From positions 1-61,421 of IMG/VR virus record IMGVR_UViG_3300046703_000080: a stretch of DNA of 61,421 bases; one strand, written 5' to 3'. Source of the stretch: a virus (lineage: Duplodnaviria; Caudoviricetes). A program made the position numbers and the translations under genes. Below the pieces are notes generated by a model, which worked only from the letters and a program-made list of their open reading frames with translations, made no database searches and was not told the DNA's origin. Positions 1 through 9,023 of this stretch are shown piece after piece (within the stretch, counting starts at the first letter, position 1; every line of letters starts with the position of its first letter).

Positions 1-330
1 ATCGTCACAGCCGCACGTCGTGGCCAGGGGATCGTCACAGCCGCACGTCGAGGCCAGGGGATCGTCACAGCCGCACGTCGAGGCCTGGGAATCGTCACAG
101 CCGCACGTCGAGGCCTGGGAATCGTCACAGCCGCACGTCGTGGCCAGGGGATCGTCACAGCCGCACGTCGAGGCCTGGGGATCGTCACAGCCGCACGTCG
201 AGGCCTGGGAATCGTCACAGCCGCACGTCGTGGCCAGGGGATCGTCACAGCCGCACGTCGAGGCCAGGGGATCGTCACAGCCGCACGTCGAGGCCTGGGA
301 ATCGTCACAGCCGCACGTCGAGGCCAGGGG
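1..330 (+). repeat. 30-bp tandem repeat, 11 units
   Basis: ATCGTCACAGCCGCACGTCG(A/T)GGCC(A/T)GGG(G/A) repeated head to tail with no spacers. Confidence 0.98.
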
Positions 331-820
331 CTACGTGCAAATCTCAATCTTCGGGGCGGTGATCGCCAAACTGGGTGCGCACTGCTCTGCCATCATTCAC
401 GGCAAGGGCGCAAAAGTCACCGGCGGATCACAAACGAAAGTGCTTCTACGGAAGCCGAAGGAGTGGTGCGATTACTACGGGGTAGCCGTGAAAGGCGGCA
501 CCGCCACGCTCTTCAAGGCGCTCAATGTTGACTTCACGAGCCCGCACGGCCTGCTTTATGCGCCTGGGAGTACGGTCGAAGCCCCCGACTGGGACGGAGG
601 CAAGCAGGAGTGCGGCGGCGGATTGCACTTCTCGCCAGCTCCTGCGATGGCCCGTGAATTTCACACGGGAGCAATAAAGTACGTCGCCTGCCCGGTGCGC
701 TTAACCGACATGGCCGTTCACCCGTACGGCGAGTATCCGCAGAAGTGCAAGGCGCGGAGGATTTGCAAGCCGATCTATGAAGTGGACGTGGACGGCGAGA
801 GGGTCGAGGCGTCTGTATGA
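2..820 (+). CDS. 3' part of a decapeptide-repeat protein with a DUF7666-like C-terminal domain; 5' part is at 61007-61421
   Basis: Open frame of (E/V)A(R/W)(G/E)SSQPHV repeats followed by LFKAL..F.SPHG..Y.PG....PDWD...ECGGGLHFSP...KCKA; same reading as the ORF starting at 61007 if the ends overlap by ATCGT. Confidence 0.8.
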   Translation, partial: SSQPHVVARGSSQPHVEARGSSQPHVEAWESSQPHVEAWESSQPHVVARGSSQPHVEAWGSSQPHVEAWESSQPHVVARGSSQPHVEARGSSQPHVEAWESSQPHVEARGYVQISIFGAVIAKLGAHCSAIIHGKGAKVTGGSQTKVLLRKPKEWCDYYGVAVKGGTATLFKALNVDFTSPHGLLYAPGSTVEAPDWDGGKQECGGGLHFSPAPAMAREFHTGAIKYVACPVRLTDMAVHPYGEYPQKCKARRICKPIYEVDVDGERVEASV

Positions 821-966
821 AACCCCTCACCTACGACGCGACAGATCCGCAGATCCAGAAGGTCCTCCTGTTCGCCCTGGTGGCGCGATCGGCAGTCCGG
901 CGCCGCGTCGACCGGCTGATGCGCGCGGAGATTCGCAAGGCCAAGGAGCGCGAGTGCCAGAAGTAG
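817..966 (+). CDS. small hypothetical protein (49 aa)
   Basis: ATGA overlap with upstream stop; MKPLTYDATDPQIQKVLLF...ECQK; fills the operon gap. Confidence 0.55.
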   Translation: MKPLTYDATDPQIQKVLLFALVARSAVRRRVDRLMRAEIRKAKERECQK

Positions 967-1178
967 CCCGTTGCCCCTACTGCGACGGGCCGGTGGACGC
1001 CAAAGGTCACCGCATCATCCCCGGCGAGATCCGGCTGCCTCTGTGCCTGCGGTGTGGGCATGGGCCGTGGATTCCCCGCATGACGGTAGGCGAGGGCGGC
1101 CGGATCGTGCTGGCTCGACCGAAGAGATGCGCGAAGTGTAAGTCGATTGTGTGGGACAAGCCCAAGGAGAAATCGTGA
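954..1178 (+). CDS. Zn-ribbon protein, paralogue of 59310-59621
   Basis: GTG start after AAGGAG; CPYC, CLRCGHGPWIPR, CAKCKSIVWDKP. Confidence 0.75.
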   Translation: MPEVARCPYCDGPVDAKGHRIIPGEIRLPLCLRCGHGPWIPRMTVGEGGRIVLARPKRCAKCKSIVWDKPKEKS

Positions 1179-2116
1179 CGGAACAGGAATTTCAGCAAGA
1201 GAGATTACAGGGGATTGGGGCAAGCGATGTTCAGGCCGTCCTCTCGTTACCCCCGTGGGGTTGCTCCAAAAAATTATGGATGCAGAAGCGTCAGGTCCCG
1301 CCCGACTACGAATCCCCGGAGAACAAACTCTTCGCCCGCGGGCACAAGCTCGAAGCGCTGGTCGCCGACGAGTACGCCGAGGCGACCGGGCGAGAGTTGA
1401 CAGAGATGCCGATGCAGCGGCACAAGGAGCACCCGGAGTTGATGGTCCACATTGACCGGGGAATCACGGCGCCGGAGCGACCGGAACCCGGAGTCCTCGA
1501 GATCAAGACCGTCAACAGTCAGATGTTCTACAAGATCAAGCGGGAGGGGCTTCCGCACGGGTACGTGGCCCAACTCCAACATGCCATGGCAGTCACCGGC
1601 GCGAAGTGGGGATCGTGGGCTCTGTTGTGGGCCGATGGCTGGGAACTGCGCTACTGGGACGTGGAGCCCGACCCGGAGCTTCAGGCGATGCTGGTAGAAG
1701 CCTCCGTGAAGTTCTGGGTAACCGTCCAGAAAGGTCCGATGCCGGCGGCCCTGGAGGCGTCAGACCCTCGCTGCGCGCGCTGCCCTTGGAGGACATCCTG
1801 CCAGGGCGAAGCGCTCAAGGCGGCGTGCAAGGATTCGGTGGACGGCGGATTCGATCCTTCGCTGGGCGCATTGGCCGAGGAATACTTCGAGGCCAAAGAG
1901 ATGCGCGACGAGGCCGACTCGCTGTTTGAGGGCACGCAGGAGCGGCTGAAGGTGGCGCTGGGCAACCGGACCTCCACGGAAACGATCGGCGCTCGTATCT
2001 TCTGGAGGCAACAGATTTCAATGCGCTATGACACCGCTGCGCTCAACAAGATCCCCGGCATGGAAAAATACAAAAAGCCGAGCGTCTCTCGCCCACTTCG
2101 CGTCTTCGCTTTGTAA
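1175..2116 (+). CDS. YqaJ/lambda-exonuclease-like recombination nuclease
   Basis: R..GIGASD, G..LE, HIDR...VLEIKT, Y.AQLQH motifs; GTGA overlap start. Confidence 0.9.
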   Translation: MTEQEFQQERLQGIGASDVQAVLSLPPWGCSKKLWMQKRQVPPDYESPENKLFARGHKLEALVADEYAEATGRELTEMPMQRHKEHPELMVHIDRGITAPERPEPGVLEIKTVNSQMFYKIKREGLPHGYVAQLQHAMAVTGAKWGSWALLWADGWELRYWDVEPDPELQAMLVEASVKFWVTVQKGPMPAALEASDPRCARCPWRTSCQGEALKAACKDSVDGGFDPSLGALAEEYFEAKEMRDEADSLFEGTQERLKVALGNRTSTETIGARIFWRQQISMRYDTAALNKIPGMEKYKKPSVSRPLRVFAL

Positions 2117-2132
2117 GTGAAAAGGAAAGGTT

Positions 2133-3386
2133 ATGGAACAAGAGCAAGCACTGGAAGTAACTCAACCGCACACCTTGGAACTGATCCAAAGGGCGGAGAT
2201 AGATCAACAAGTTTCAACGGCGAAGAAGTACCCGCGCGACCTCGCCAAAGTCAAAAGCAAGATGCTCTCCTTCGCCACGCTCGACGAGGAGACGGCCGAG
2301 AGTTGCTTCTACACTCTCAAGCGAAAGAGTGGCGACGGCGACGACGAGAAGAAGACCATCCAGGGTCCATCGGTTCGGCTGGCTGAGATCGCCGTGGCCT
2401 GCTACGGAAACCTGCGCGCGGCCAGCCGCATCATCGACAACGACGGCAAGGCGATCACCTCGCAGGGGGTCTGCCACGACCTCGAAAACAACACCCTGGT
2501 CTCGGTCGAAGTGAAACGCCGGATCACCCGGAGAGACGGGCGCACGTTCTCCGAAGACATGCAGGTGGTCACCGGAAACGCGGCCAACTCCATCGCCTTC
2601 CGTAACGCCGTGTTCAAAGTCATCCCAGGTGCCCTGACCAAGCCGGTGTATGAGGCTGCCAAGCTGGTTGCGGTCGGCACTGCCAGCACCTTGCAGGTCA
2701 AGCGCGACAGGATTCTGAAGCGCCTGAACCAGATGGGCGTGGAGAATCCGCGCATCCTGGCGGTTCTCGAGAAGGCCAGCATCGAGTTCATCAATCTTGA
2801 CGACCTGGAAACCCTGATCGGCCTGGGCACAGCGATCAAGGACGGAGACACCAGCGTTGACGAAGCCTTCCCGGTCACGATGGCGACGGCGACGGAGACC
2901 GCCAAGGAGAAGTTGAAGTCGAACCTGCGGAAAGTCTCGCAGAAGGACGTTCAGGTTTCACGGGCGCATGAAGCGGCGAAAGGTGGAGAGCCCCCCGAGG
3001 GTGATACGAAAACCCCGCCGCCGGGTACATCGAATGGTCCGGCGACCGCCGCCGAGGGAGCGCCATTGGCCGACTCCCCGCGCCCACCAGTTCAGGCCGA
3101 CGACTCGGGGGAGGGTCAGCCCGAAGGGAAGGGGGCGGGAAAAGCCACGCAGGACTTCAGTCGTCTGCCGGTGCTTGACCGCCTCCCTAACCCCGCCTCT
3201 TCCGTCGAGGAGGATTACTGCAACGTCAACGGGCGAATCTACCAGTTCCTCAAGGAATCCTGGATGTTCTACGGTCCGGCAACCAAGCCCGCGGCTGAGG
3301 AGCCGCCTGCCGACAAGCTGAAGTTCGGCGAGAAGCCGCCCGCCGCGAAGAAGGGCAAAGGTTCGGATGCGGGGGACTTCACATGA
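2133..3386 (+). CDS. putative single-strand annealing/recombination protein
   Basis: Directly after YqaJ; AEIDQQV.TAK.YPRD, GPSVRLAE, RNAVFKVIP motifs; low-complexity C-tail. Confidence 0.6.
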   Translation: MEQEQALEVTQPHTLELIQRAEIDQQVSTAKKYPRDLAKVKSKMLSFATLDEETAESCFYTLKRKSGDGDDEKKTIQGPSVRLAEIAVACYGNLRAASRIIDNDGKAITSQGVCHDLENNTLVSVEVKRRITRRDGRTFSEDMQVVTGNAANSIAFRNAVFKVIPGALTKPVYEAAKLVAVGTASTLQVKRDRILKRLNQMGVENPRILAVLEKASIEFINLDDLETLIGLGTAIKDGDTSVDEAFPVTMATATETAKEKLKSNLRKVSQKDVQVSRAHEAAKGGEPPEGDTKTPPPGTSNGPATAAEGAPLADSPRPPVQADDSGEGQPEGKGAGKATQDFSRLPVLDRLPNPASSVEEDYCNVNGRIYQFLKESWMFYGPATKPAAEEPPADKLKFGEKPPAAKKGKGSDAGDFT

Positions 3387-4678
3387 AAATAGCCAAACTT
3401 CACATCGAAAACATCCTGGGCATCGAGGAGTTGGAGACCAAACTGGGGAACCTGACCGTCATCGAAGGCCAGAATGCCACCGGCAAAACTTCCATCATCG
3501 AGGCCATCAAGGGAGCGCTGGGGGGCGGCGAAGACGCCACGCTACTGCGGCGGGGGGCGGAAGTTGGAGAAGTCGTTCTCCTGATGGACAACGGCGAGAC
3601 CGATAGAATGCGGGTCACCGCAGACCGCACGACTCGTAAATGGATAGGCGCTGATGGCGTCGAGAAGAAGAAGCCGCAGACCATCATCGACGGACTCCTC
3701 AATAAACTCTCCTTCAACCCGGTGTCGTTTCTCACCGCTCCACGAGAGAAGCGCGTTCAGTGGCTCCTCGAAGTCCTGCCCATCACAGCAGACCCCAAGG
3801 AGATCGAGGCTTCCGCCGGCGTCCCCGTGCTGCCGCAGGACATCCGCCCGAACGCCCTGGACACCATCGAGTGCGTCAGGAAGCGCATGTACGACCAGCG
3901 TACAGGCACGAACCGGCTGGCCGACGAGAAGAAGAAGACGGTCTCGACGCTGGAGAGTTCGCTGCCGCCGAGCGGAGCTGATGCTGTTGGAGCATTGCAA
4001 GCGGTGAAGGCAGAGTTGGCGTGTTCCCAGGAAGAGTATCAGAAACTCTCCGAGGAACTGAAGACATTGTTGCAGTCCCGGCTCGACGAGATCCGCGAAA
4101 AGACTCACCTGCGAATCCAAGCGATCAAGGATGAGCAGATGGCTGCCGAACAGGTCGCGCGCCAGGATGAAGAGGCCACCCGCGCCACGCTGGAACAGGA
4201 ATGGGACCCGACGATCGACGCATCCCGCGAGGAGATCGCCAAACTCGAAGCTGCGGTAGTCCAGGCGGAGCGGGCACGCACGACGACAGAGATGATCTCC
4301 CGCTTCAAGGATGAGCAGGGGAAGGCCGAGGCGGAGTCTCTGAGCCTCACGGAAGGCTTGGGCCGGCTGGAGACGCTGAAGGGCGATCTCCTGAAGACCC
4401 TGCCGATCAAAGGCTACGAAGTCCGCGATGGTCAGGACTACAAGGACGGCATCCCCTTTGAGCGCGTGAACAAGGCCAAGCAGGTCGCCGTGGCGTTCCA
4501 AGTGGCGAAGCTACTCGCCAAGGATCTGGGCCTAGTGTGCGTGGACAATCTGGAGTGCCTGGACGCCGACACGTTCGCTGCCTTTGAGAAGGCGGCGTTG
4601 AGCAACAAGGAATTGCAATTCGTGGTGACGCGGGTCACGGAAGGCCCGTTGACGATCGAGACACAAGGGGGAGAGTAA
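3383..4678 (+). CDS. SMC/Rad50-like ATPase with coiled coil
   Basis: Walker A GQNATGKTS, central coiled coil, Walker B/D-loop VCVDNLECLD. Confidence 0.85.
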   Translation: MKIAKLHIENILGIEELETKLGNLTVIEGQNATGKTSIIEAIKGALGGGEDATLLRRGAEVGEVVLLMDNGETDRMRVTADRTTRKWIGADGVEKKKPQTIIDGLLNKLSFNPVSFLTAPREKRVQWLLEVLPITADPKEIEASAGVPVLPQDIRPNALDTIECVRKRMYDQRTGTNRLADEKKKTVSTLESSLPPSGADAVGALQAVKAELACSQEEYQKLSEELKTLLQSRLDEIREKTHLRIQAIKDEQMAAEQVARQDEEATRATLEQEWDPTIDASREEIAKLEAAVVQAERARTTTEMISRFKDEQGKAEAESLSLTEGLGRLETLKGDLLKTLPIKGYEVRDGQDYKDGIPFERVNKAKQVAVAFQVAKLLAKDLGLVCVDNLECLDADTFAAFEKAALSNKELQFVVTRVTEGPLTIETQGGE

Positions 4679-5221
4679 GTGAACAATCTGCCAGAAGCGC
4701 TGGAAATCAAAGAGGCGACGGTCGAAGATTGGACCCATCGCCACACTGAAAAAGGCCTGAAGATGCACTTCAGCGTTCGCGGAAAACTGACGCCGGAACT
4801 CGCCGCCGCCCTGGGTTGCAAGTTTGTTTACGAAGGCGACGTCGACGGCGTGAGCTTGTCGCACGAGTTCAAGGAGACGGAAATCTTCATGCCATCTCCG
4901 GCGGGTGATGGAAGCGGCTGCGGGTTCTTCCCCGATGTCGTCTACAAGTTCAAGGTCGCCAAGCAGGATGTCGGCTTCTCGCTGCAATTCCTGGTGCATG
5001 TCTCAACGCGTATCGAAGAGTTGCACGAATTGCTCAAAGGGTACGACGGTGCCGGCGGCCTCGAGATCCAACTGCGCTCGCGGCAGGGCGATCTGTTCGA
5101 CGGCGGAACGCGGGTCGAGATGGCGGGCGACCAGGAACCTGTATCCGCGAATCTGACCGGGGAGGCGCTGGAGAGACACGAAGCCGTTGCCAGTCGGAAG
5201 GTCAAGGCCATCCGTAAATGA
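4679..5221 (+). CDS. hypothetical protein
   Basis: 180-aa ORF, purine-rich RBS, abuts both neighbours. Confidence 0.7.
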   Translation: MNNLPEALEIKEATVEDWTHRHTEKGLKMHFSVRGKLTPELAAALGCKFVYEGDVDGVSLSHEFKETEIFMPSPAGDGSGCGFFPDVVYKFKVAKQDVGFSLQFLVHVSTRIEELHELLKGYDGAGGLEIQLRSRQGDLFDGGTRVEMAGDQEPVSANLTGEALERHEAVASRKVKAIRK

Positions 5222-6402
5222 AACTCGGCGACGTAGCAGCGACCTGCATGATGCTCGGGGCCACTGAGGAAGCGGAGACGTGCCTGAAGATGGTCCTGGC
5301 GGATCGTCCTGACGACGAACAGGCGCTTCTGAACTACGCGACCCTGTGCCGCCGGACGAACCGCCTGGAGAAGGCTATCGGCCTGGTCTCCAAGTATCTC
5401 GACAGCCACAAGGAGATCAGACCGGAAGCCTGGCTAACCTTCGGCCTGCTGTGCGAGGACTTCGGCAAGTTCAAAGAGGCGGCCGGAGCCTACGGTAAGG
5501 CGCTCGCCAAGGAGCCGGGCGACCAGAATACCGCCATCGGCTACGGCAGTTCCCTGATGCGCCTGCAACGCTTCGACGAAGGGTTCCCTCACTGGGACTA
5601 CGGTCGCTTCATGTCGGCATGGCAACCGATTCCGGGTATCGGCATCTGGAACGGCGCCGACCCGAAGGGCAAACGCATCCTGGTCATCCGAGAAGGTGGC
5701 TATGGCGACGGCATCATGTTCGCCCGCTGGATTCCGAAGTTGATCGAAGCCGGCGCGGAGATCGGCTTCTTTGTGTGGGACTCGCTCCATCCTCTCCTTG
5801 CGAACCTTGGGTGCAGGCTCATCGGCGAGAAGGACCCCATTGACACGACGGAATGGGACTTCTGCTGTTCGCTCTTGAGCCTGCCCCGACTTTGCGGAAT
5901 GCACGCGCTGGAGGACATTCCCGAGCCGGTCACCATCTCCGGCGTGGAGCCTCGCAAGCCTGAGGGGATCCAAACTGTCGGCCTGTGTTGGGCGGCAGAG
6001 GAAAACGGAGAGAGCCGGAAGCATCGGTCGATGACGCTGGCGGACATCGAGCCCCTGAAGTCAACCGAGAAAATCTTCTGTTCGCTTTGCCCTGGAATCG
6101 CGGCCCCGGATTGGGTTCGGCCGCACACGGCTGGAAAGCAGGGTTGGGCCACCGACGCGCGAGTGATCGCCGGTCTGGATCTGGTCATCACGGTTGACAC
6201 CGCGGTCGCACACCTGGCAGGCAGTATGGGCGTTCCGACGTGGCTGCTGCTGCCGATGTACAGTTCGTGGCAGTGGTTCACCCCGGAAACCTTCGCCTAC
6301 ACGACGCCCTGGTACAAGTCCGTGAGGGTCTTCCGGCAGAAGGACGCGATCAAGTGGGATGGAGTCGTCGAGGAAGTGGAGGTGGCGCTCTTAAATGCCT
6401 GA
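5218..6402 (+). CDS. TPR-repeat glycosyltransferase (GT-B, GT9/heptosyltransferase-like C-terminus)
   Basis: N-terminal TPR-like helices; EGGYGDGIMFARW, VGLCWA, DLVITVDTAVAHLAGSMGVPTWLLL, TPWYKSVRVFRQ. Confidence 0.88.
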   Translation: MKLGDVAATCMMLGATEEAETCLKMVLADRPDDEQALLNYATLCRRTNRLEKAIGLVSKYLDSHKEIRPEAWLTFGLLCEDFGKFKEAAGAYGKALAKEPGDQNTAIGYGSSLMRLQRFDEGFPHWDYGRFMSAWQPIPGIGIWNGADPKGKRILVIREGGYGDGIMFARWIPKLIEAGAEIGFFVWDSLHPLLANLGCRLIGEKDPIDTTEWDFCCSLLSLPRLCGMHALEDIPEPVTISGVEPRKPEGIQTVGLCWAAEENGESRKHRSMTLADIEPLKSTEKIFCSLCPGIAAPDWVRPHTAGKQGWATDARVIAGLDLVITVDTAVAHLAGSMGVPTWLLLPMYSSWQWFTPETFAYTTPWYKSVRVFRQKDAIKWDGVVEEVEVALLNA

Positions 6403-7078
6403 GATCACTACCGTCTTCCTCGATTTCACGACCGCCTGCAACCTGTCTTGCCCAAACTGCTGCTGCCGGATTCCAGAGCGCAAGGGGATTCACTACCCCT
6501 ATTCCTACTTCGCTGAACTTGCAGGCTGGATCTACGGCATCGACCGTGTGGACCTGACTGGCGGAGAGCCTACATGCCATCCGCAGTTCGCCGAGTTCGT
6601 GCCGAGGCTCAAGGCCCTCTTCGGGTGTCGGTTGCTCACGATGGAGACAAACTGCTTCAAGGCCCGCGAGTACATCGACATCTTCGACCGCTTCGACTTC
6701 ATCCGCCTGGGCCGGTATCAGTCCAACACCGAGGAAGTCGATTGGGTCATGTCGCACCACAGGTCGGCCTGGCAACAGAACAACGGGGCTTGTGTCGAGA
6801 CGGCGGACCCGGTGGACGAGAACAACCACGTTTCCATTGATCGCCGAGGCTCTGGGCAGCTTTGCACCTTGGAGAGCATCGGCGAGCACGTCATCTACAC
6901 GGACGGAAAGTTCTACCCGTGTCGATTGGGATTGGCAGTTCCCGGGGCGGTCGGTATCGAGCCCTGCGAGGACTGGCGCCAGAAGGTCATGGAGCTGCCG
7001 ATCCCTTGTTGGAACTGCCACTTCAGTCCAGATGAGAACCGGGCAGTGCTTGGATTCCCGAAAGGATCGCCGAAATGA
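6395..7078 (+). CDS. radical SAM protein with Cys-rich (SPASM/Twitch-like) C-terminus
   Basis: CNLSCPNC (CxxxCxxC), LTGGEPT, ETN, DGKFYPC...CWNC. Confidence 0.9.
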   Translation: MPEITTVFLDFTTACNLSCPNCCCRIPERKGIHYPYSYFAELAGWIYGIDRVDLTGGEPTCHPQFAEFVPRLKALFGCRLLTMETNCFKAREYIDIFDRFDFIRLGRYQSNTEEVDWVMSHHRSAWQQNNGACVETADPVDENNHVSIDRRGSGQLCTLESIGEHVIYTDGKFYPCRLGLAVPGAVGIEPCEDWRQKVMELPIPCWNCHFSPDENRAVLGFPKGSPK

Positions 7079-7362
7079 AATGTACGCTCTGTAAGTGCCT
7101 GAACATCATTAAGGAGTTGGAAAAGCATCCGAACGAAAGCGGATTCTTACAGTTGGCCCGCAAGGTGGAGGCTTTTATCCACGAGCACGAAGGTACAAAC
7201 ACCCTCTGCGACGAGCACCGCATTCCGTTGCGGTTGAACGTCGATGTCCACTCTATCTGCAACTACGTGAACCAGGTACGCCGAATGGCTGTGGATCTTC
7301 ACTCTGGAGTAAAGCACGCGGCGAACTACGAGAGTGCTAAGGCCATGATGATGGTGAGGTGA
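7075..7362 (+). CDS. hypothetical Cys/His-containing protein
   Basis: ATGA overlap; CTLCKC, CDEH. Confidence 0.55.
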   Translation: MKCTLCKCLNIIKELEKHPNESGFLQLARKVEAFIHEHEGTNTLCDEHRIPLRLNVDVHSICNYVNQVRRMAVDLHSGVKHAANYESAKAMMMVR

Positions 7363-7365
7363 CAA

Positions 7366-7947
7366 GTGTATTCACAGTGCGGAGAAGATGACATCGTTCT
7401 CGGGATCTTTGGCTCCTACGTTGGCCGTTTCCTGGACATCGGGGCGCACGACGGAACTTACCTGAGTAACACGCTGGCACTGGTCGAGCGCGCCTGGTCC
7501 GGTGTGCTGGTCGAGGCGAACCCGCTGACGTTCTCCCGGCTCTACGAACGGCACGGAATGAATCCAAAGCTCACCTTGGTCAATGCGGCTGTCGGCCTGG
7601 AATGGAAACTCACGAAGTTCTGGCCGGCCACAAAGGACGACGGCTTGAGCACAACCGAAGCGACGCAGCGAGAGAGCAGAGAGGCTGAGGCGGCCTACGG
7701 GGAACCCTATCGAGTGGCGATGCTCCCTGTCTCGAAGCTGGAAGAATACGGTCCTTTCGATTTTGTGAGCATCGACACCGAGGGAACGAGCGTGGATCTG
7801 CTCTTCTCGCTTCGATGGGTTCTTCCGAAGGTGATTTGCGTTGAGCACGATGGCCGAATCCAGCACTGCATTGACTGGGCGGTGTTCCAAGGCTACCACC
7901 TCGCCCACCAGAACTCGATCAACCTGATTTTTGAGAAGAGGCCCTAA
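7366..7947 (+). CDS. FkbM-family methyltransferase
   Basis: YSQ.GED, FLDIGAHDG..LSNT, GVLVEAN, DFVSIDTEG, VICVEH. Confidence 0.9.
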   Translation: MYSQCGEDDIVLGIFGSYVGRFLDIGAHDGTYLSNTLALVERAWSGVLVEANPLTFSRLYERHGMNPKLTLVNAAVGLEWKLTKFWPATKDDGLSTTEATQRESREAEAAYGEPYRVAMLPVSKLEEYGPFDFVSIDTEGTSVDLLFSLRWVLPKVICVEHDGRIQHCIDWAVFQGYHLAHQNSINLIFEKRP

Positions 7948-8337
7948 ATGCCATTTGACTGTACTCCCGTAATTCTTGACCTCGAACACAGAAAGGTGCT
8001 TTTGGATGAGGCGATTGTTCTCCTCCGATCCCTTTATGGAACGCCATCCATCCCGGCAGCGAAAGCCGATGGTCCTCGGAAGTACCAGAAGCTCCCGAAG
8101 GTGGCCGCTCCCAAGGAGGACGAGGGTGGCCGGTCCTCTCCAGTACAGGACGCTCTGCTCGTTGCCCTCAAGGCCGGACCGATGACTTCTATTGAGGCCT
8201 TCGAGGCGCTTAAGAAGGCTGGCGTGACCAGCACGGCAGGCAGCGTCTACCAACTTCTCAGAGTACTTCTCGCCAAGGGATCTATCGGTAAGACAGAGAA
8301 CGACGAAGGCCGGAACGCTTGGAAGTTGGCGACATGA
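7948..8337 (+). CDS. hypothetical protein, possible winged-helix C-terminus
   Basis: LLVALKAGPMTS.E....L.....SVYQLL..L...G.I pattern. Confidence 0.55.
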   Translation: MPFDCTPVILDLEHRKVLLDEAIVLLRSLYGTPSIPAAKADGPRKYQKLPKVAAPKEDEGGRSSPVQDALLVALKAGPMTSIEAFEALKKAGVTSTAGSVYQLLRVLLAKGSIGKTENDEGRNAWKLAT

Positions 8338-9023
8338 CCCCTGACTTCTCCCTGCTGCACATCACAGCGCGGCTGCCTGACGGCTGGCGTCCAGCCTGGC
8401 TCGACTGGTCGCGGAAGTGTGCCACTTCAACGAATGTTGAGTACATCTTGGTAATCGACGAACGCAACAGACACGATCCGATCAGATTCGATGAAGAACG
8501 CAACTGGTGTGGCTTCCCAATAGTTCTGGGCGTCAACACCGGTCGCCCCTGCACGGTGGATGCCTGGAACACGGCGGCGCGCATGTCGCACGGAGACGTC
8601 CTCGTGGTGGTCGCCGATGACTGGTTTCCGTGCGATCGCTGGGATGAGGCGATTCTGCGCGCGATCCCCGACGTCACGAAGGAGGTCTGCGTGTGGCCGG
8701 CGGGCGAGAAGGCTACGGCCGGCCTGATGATCTGCCCGATCCTGACGCGCGCCTACTACGAGCGCCCGGGCCGCGGCGGTCACCCGAACGGGGAACTCTT
8801 CTACCCCCAGTACATTTCGGTCGGCAACGACGACGACTTCACTGAGGTCGCCCTGCGCGATGGCGTCATTGTCCGGATCCCCGAGGAGTTCGAGCACCGG
8901 CACCCAAGCGCCGGCACAGGGGTTTTGGTGGATGCGGTCTACAACTGGACCAATCGCCAGGAAGCCTGGGACCGGAAGATCGAAGTCCAGGCGCGGCGCC
9001 GGGCGGAGGGTTACGCGCGATGA
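8334..9023 (+). CDS. GT-A (GT2-like) glycosyltransferase
   Basis: VEYILVID, AWNTAA..SHGDVLVVVADD (DxD-like), DDDFT, FEHRHP. Confidence 0.85.
   Translation: MTPDFSLLHITARLPDGWRPAWLDWSRKCATSTNVEYILVIDERNRHDPIRFDEERNWCGFPIVLGVNTGRPCTVDAWNTAARMSHGDVLVVVADDWFPCDRWDEAILRAIPDVTKEVCVWPAGEKATAGLMICPILTRAYYERPGRGGHPNGELFYPQYISVGNDDDFTEVALRDGVIVRIPEEFEHRHPSAGTGVLVDAVYNWTNRQEAWDRKIEVQARRRAEGYAR

Noticed and set aside
1-330. CRISPR array
   Set aside because: Units abut with no unique spacers, keep a reading frame, and no cas genes are present
3383-8337. Stop-codon recoding suggested by in-frame abutting ORFs (4678/4679, 7362/7366, 7947/7948)
   Set aside because: Stops are of mixed type, downstream ORFs have their own starts, and conserved genes are intact in the standard code
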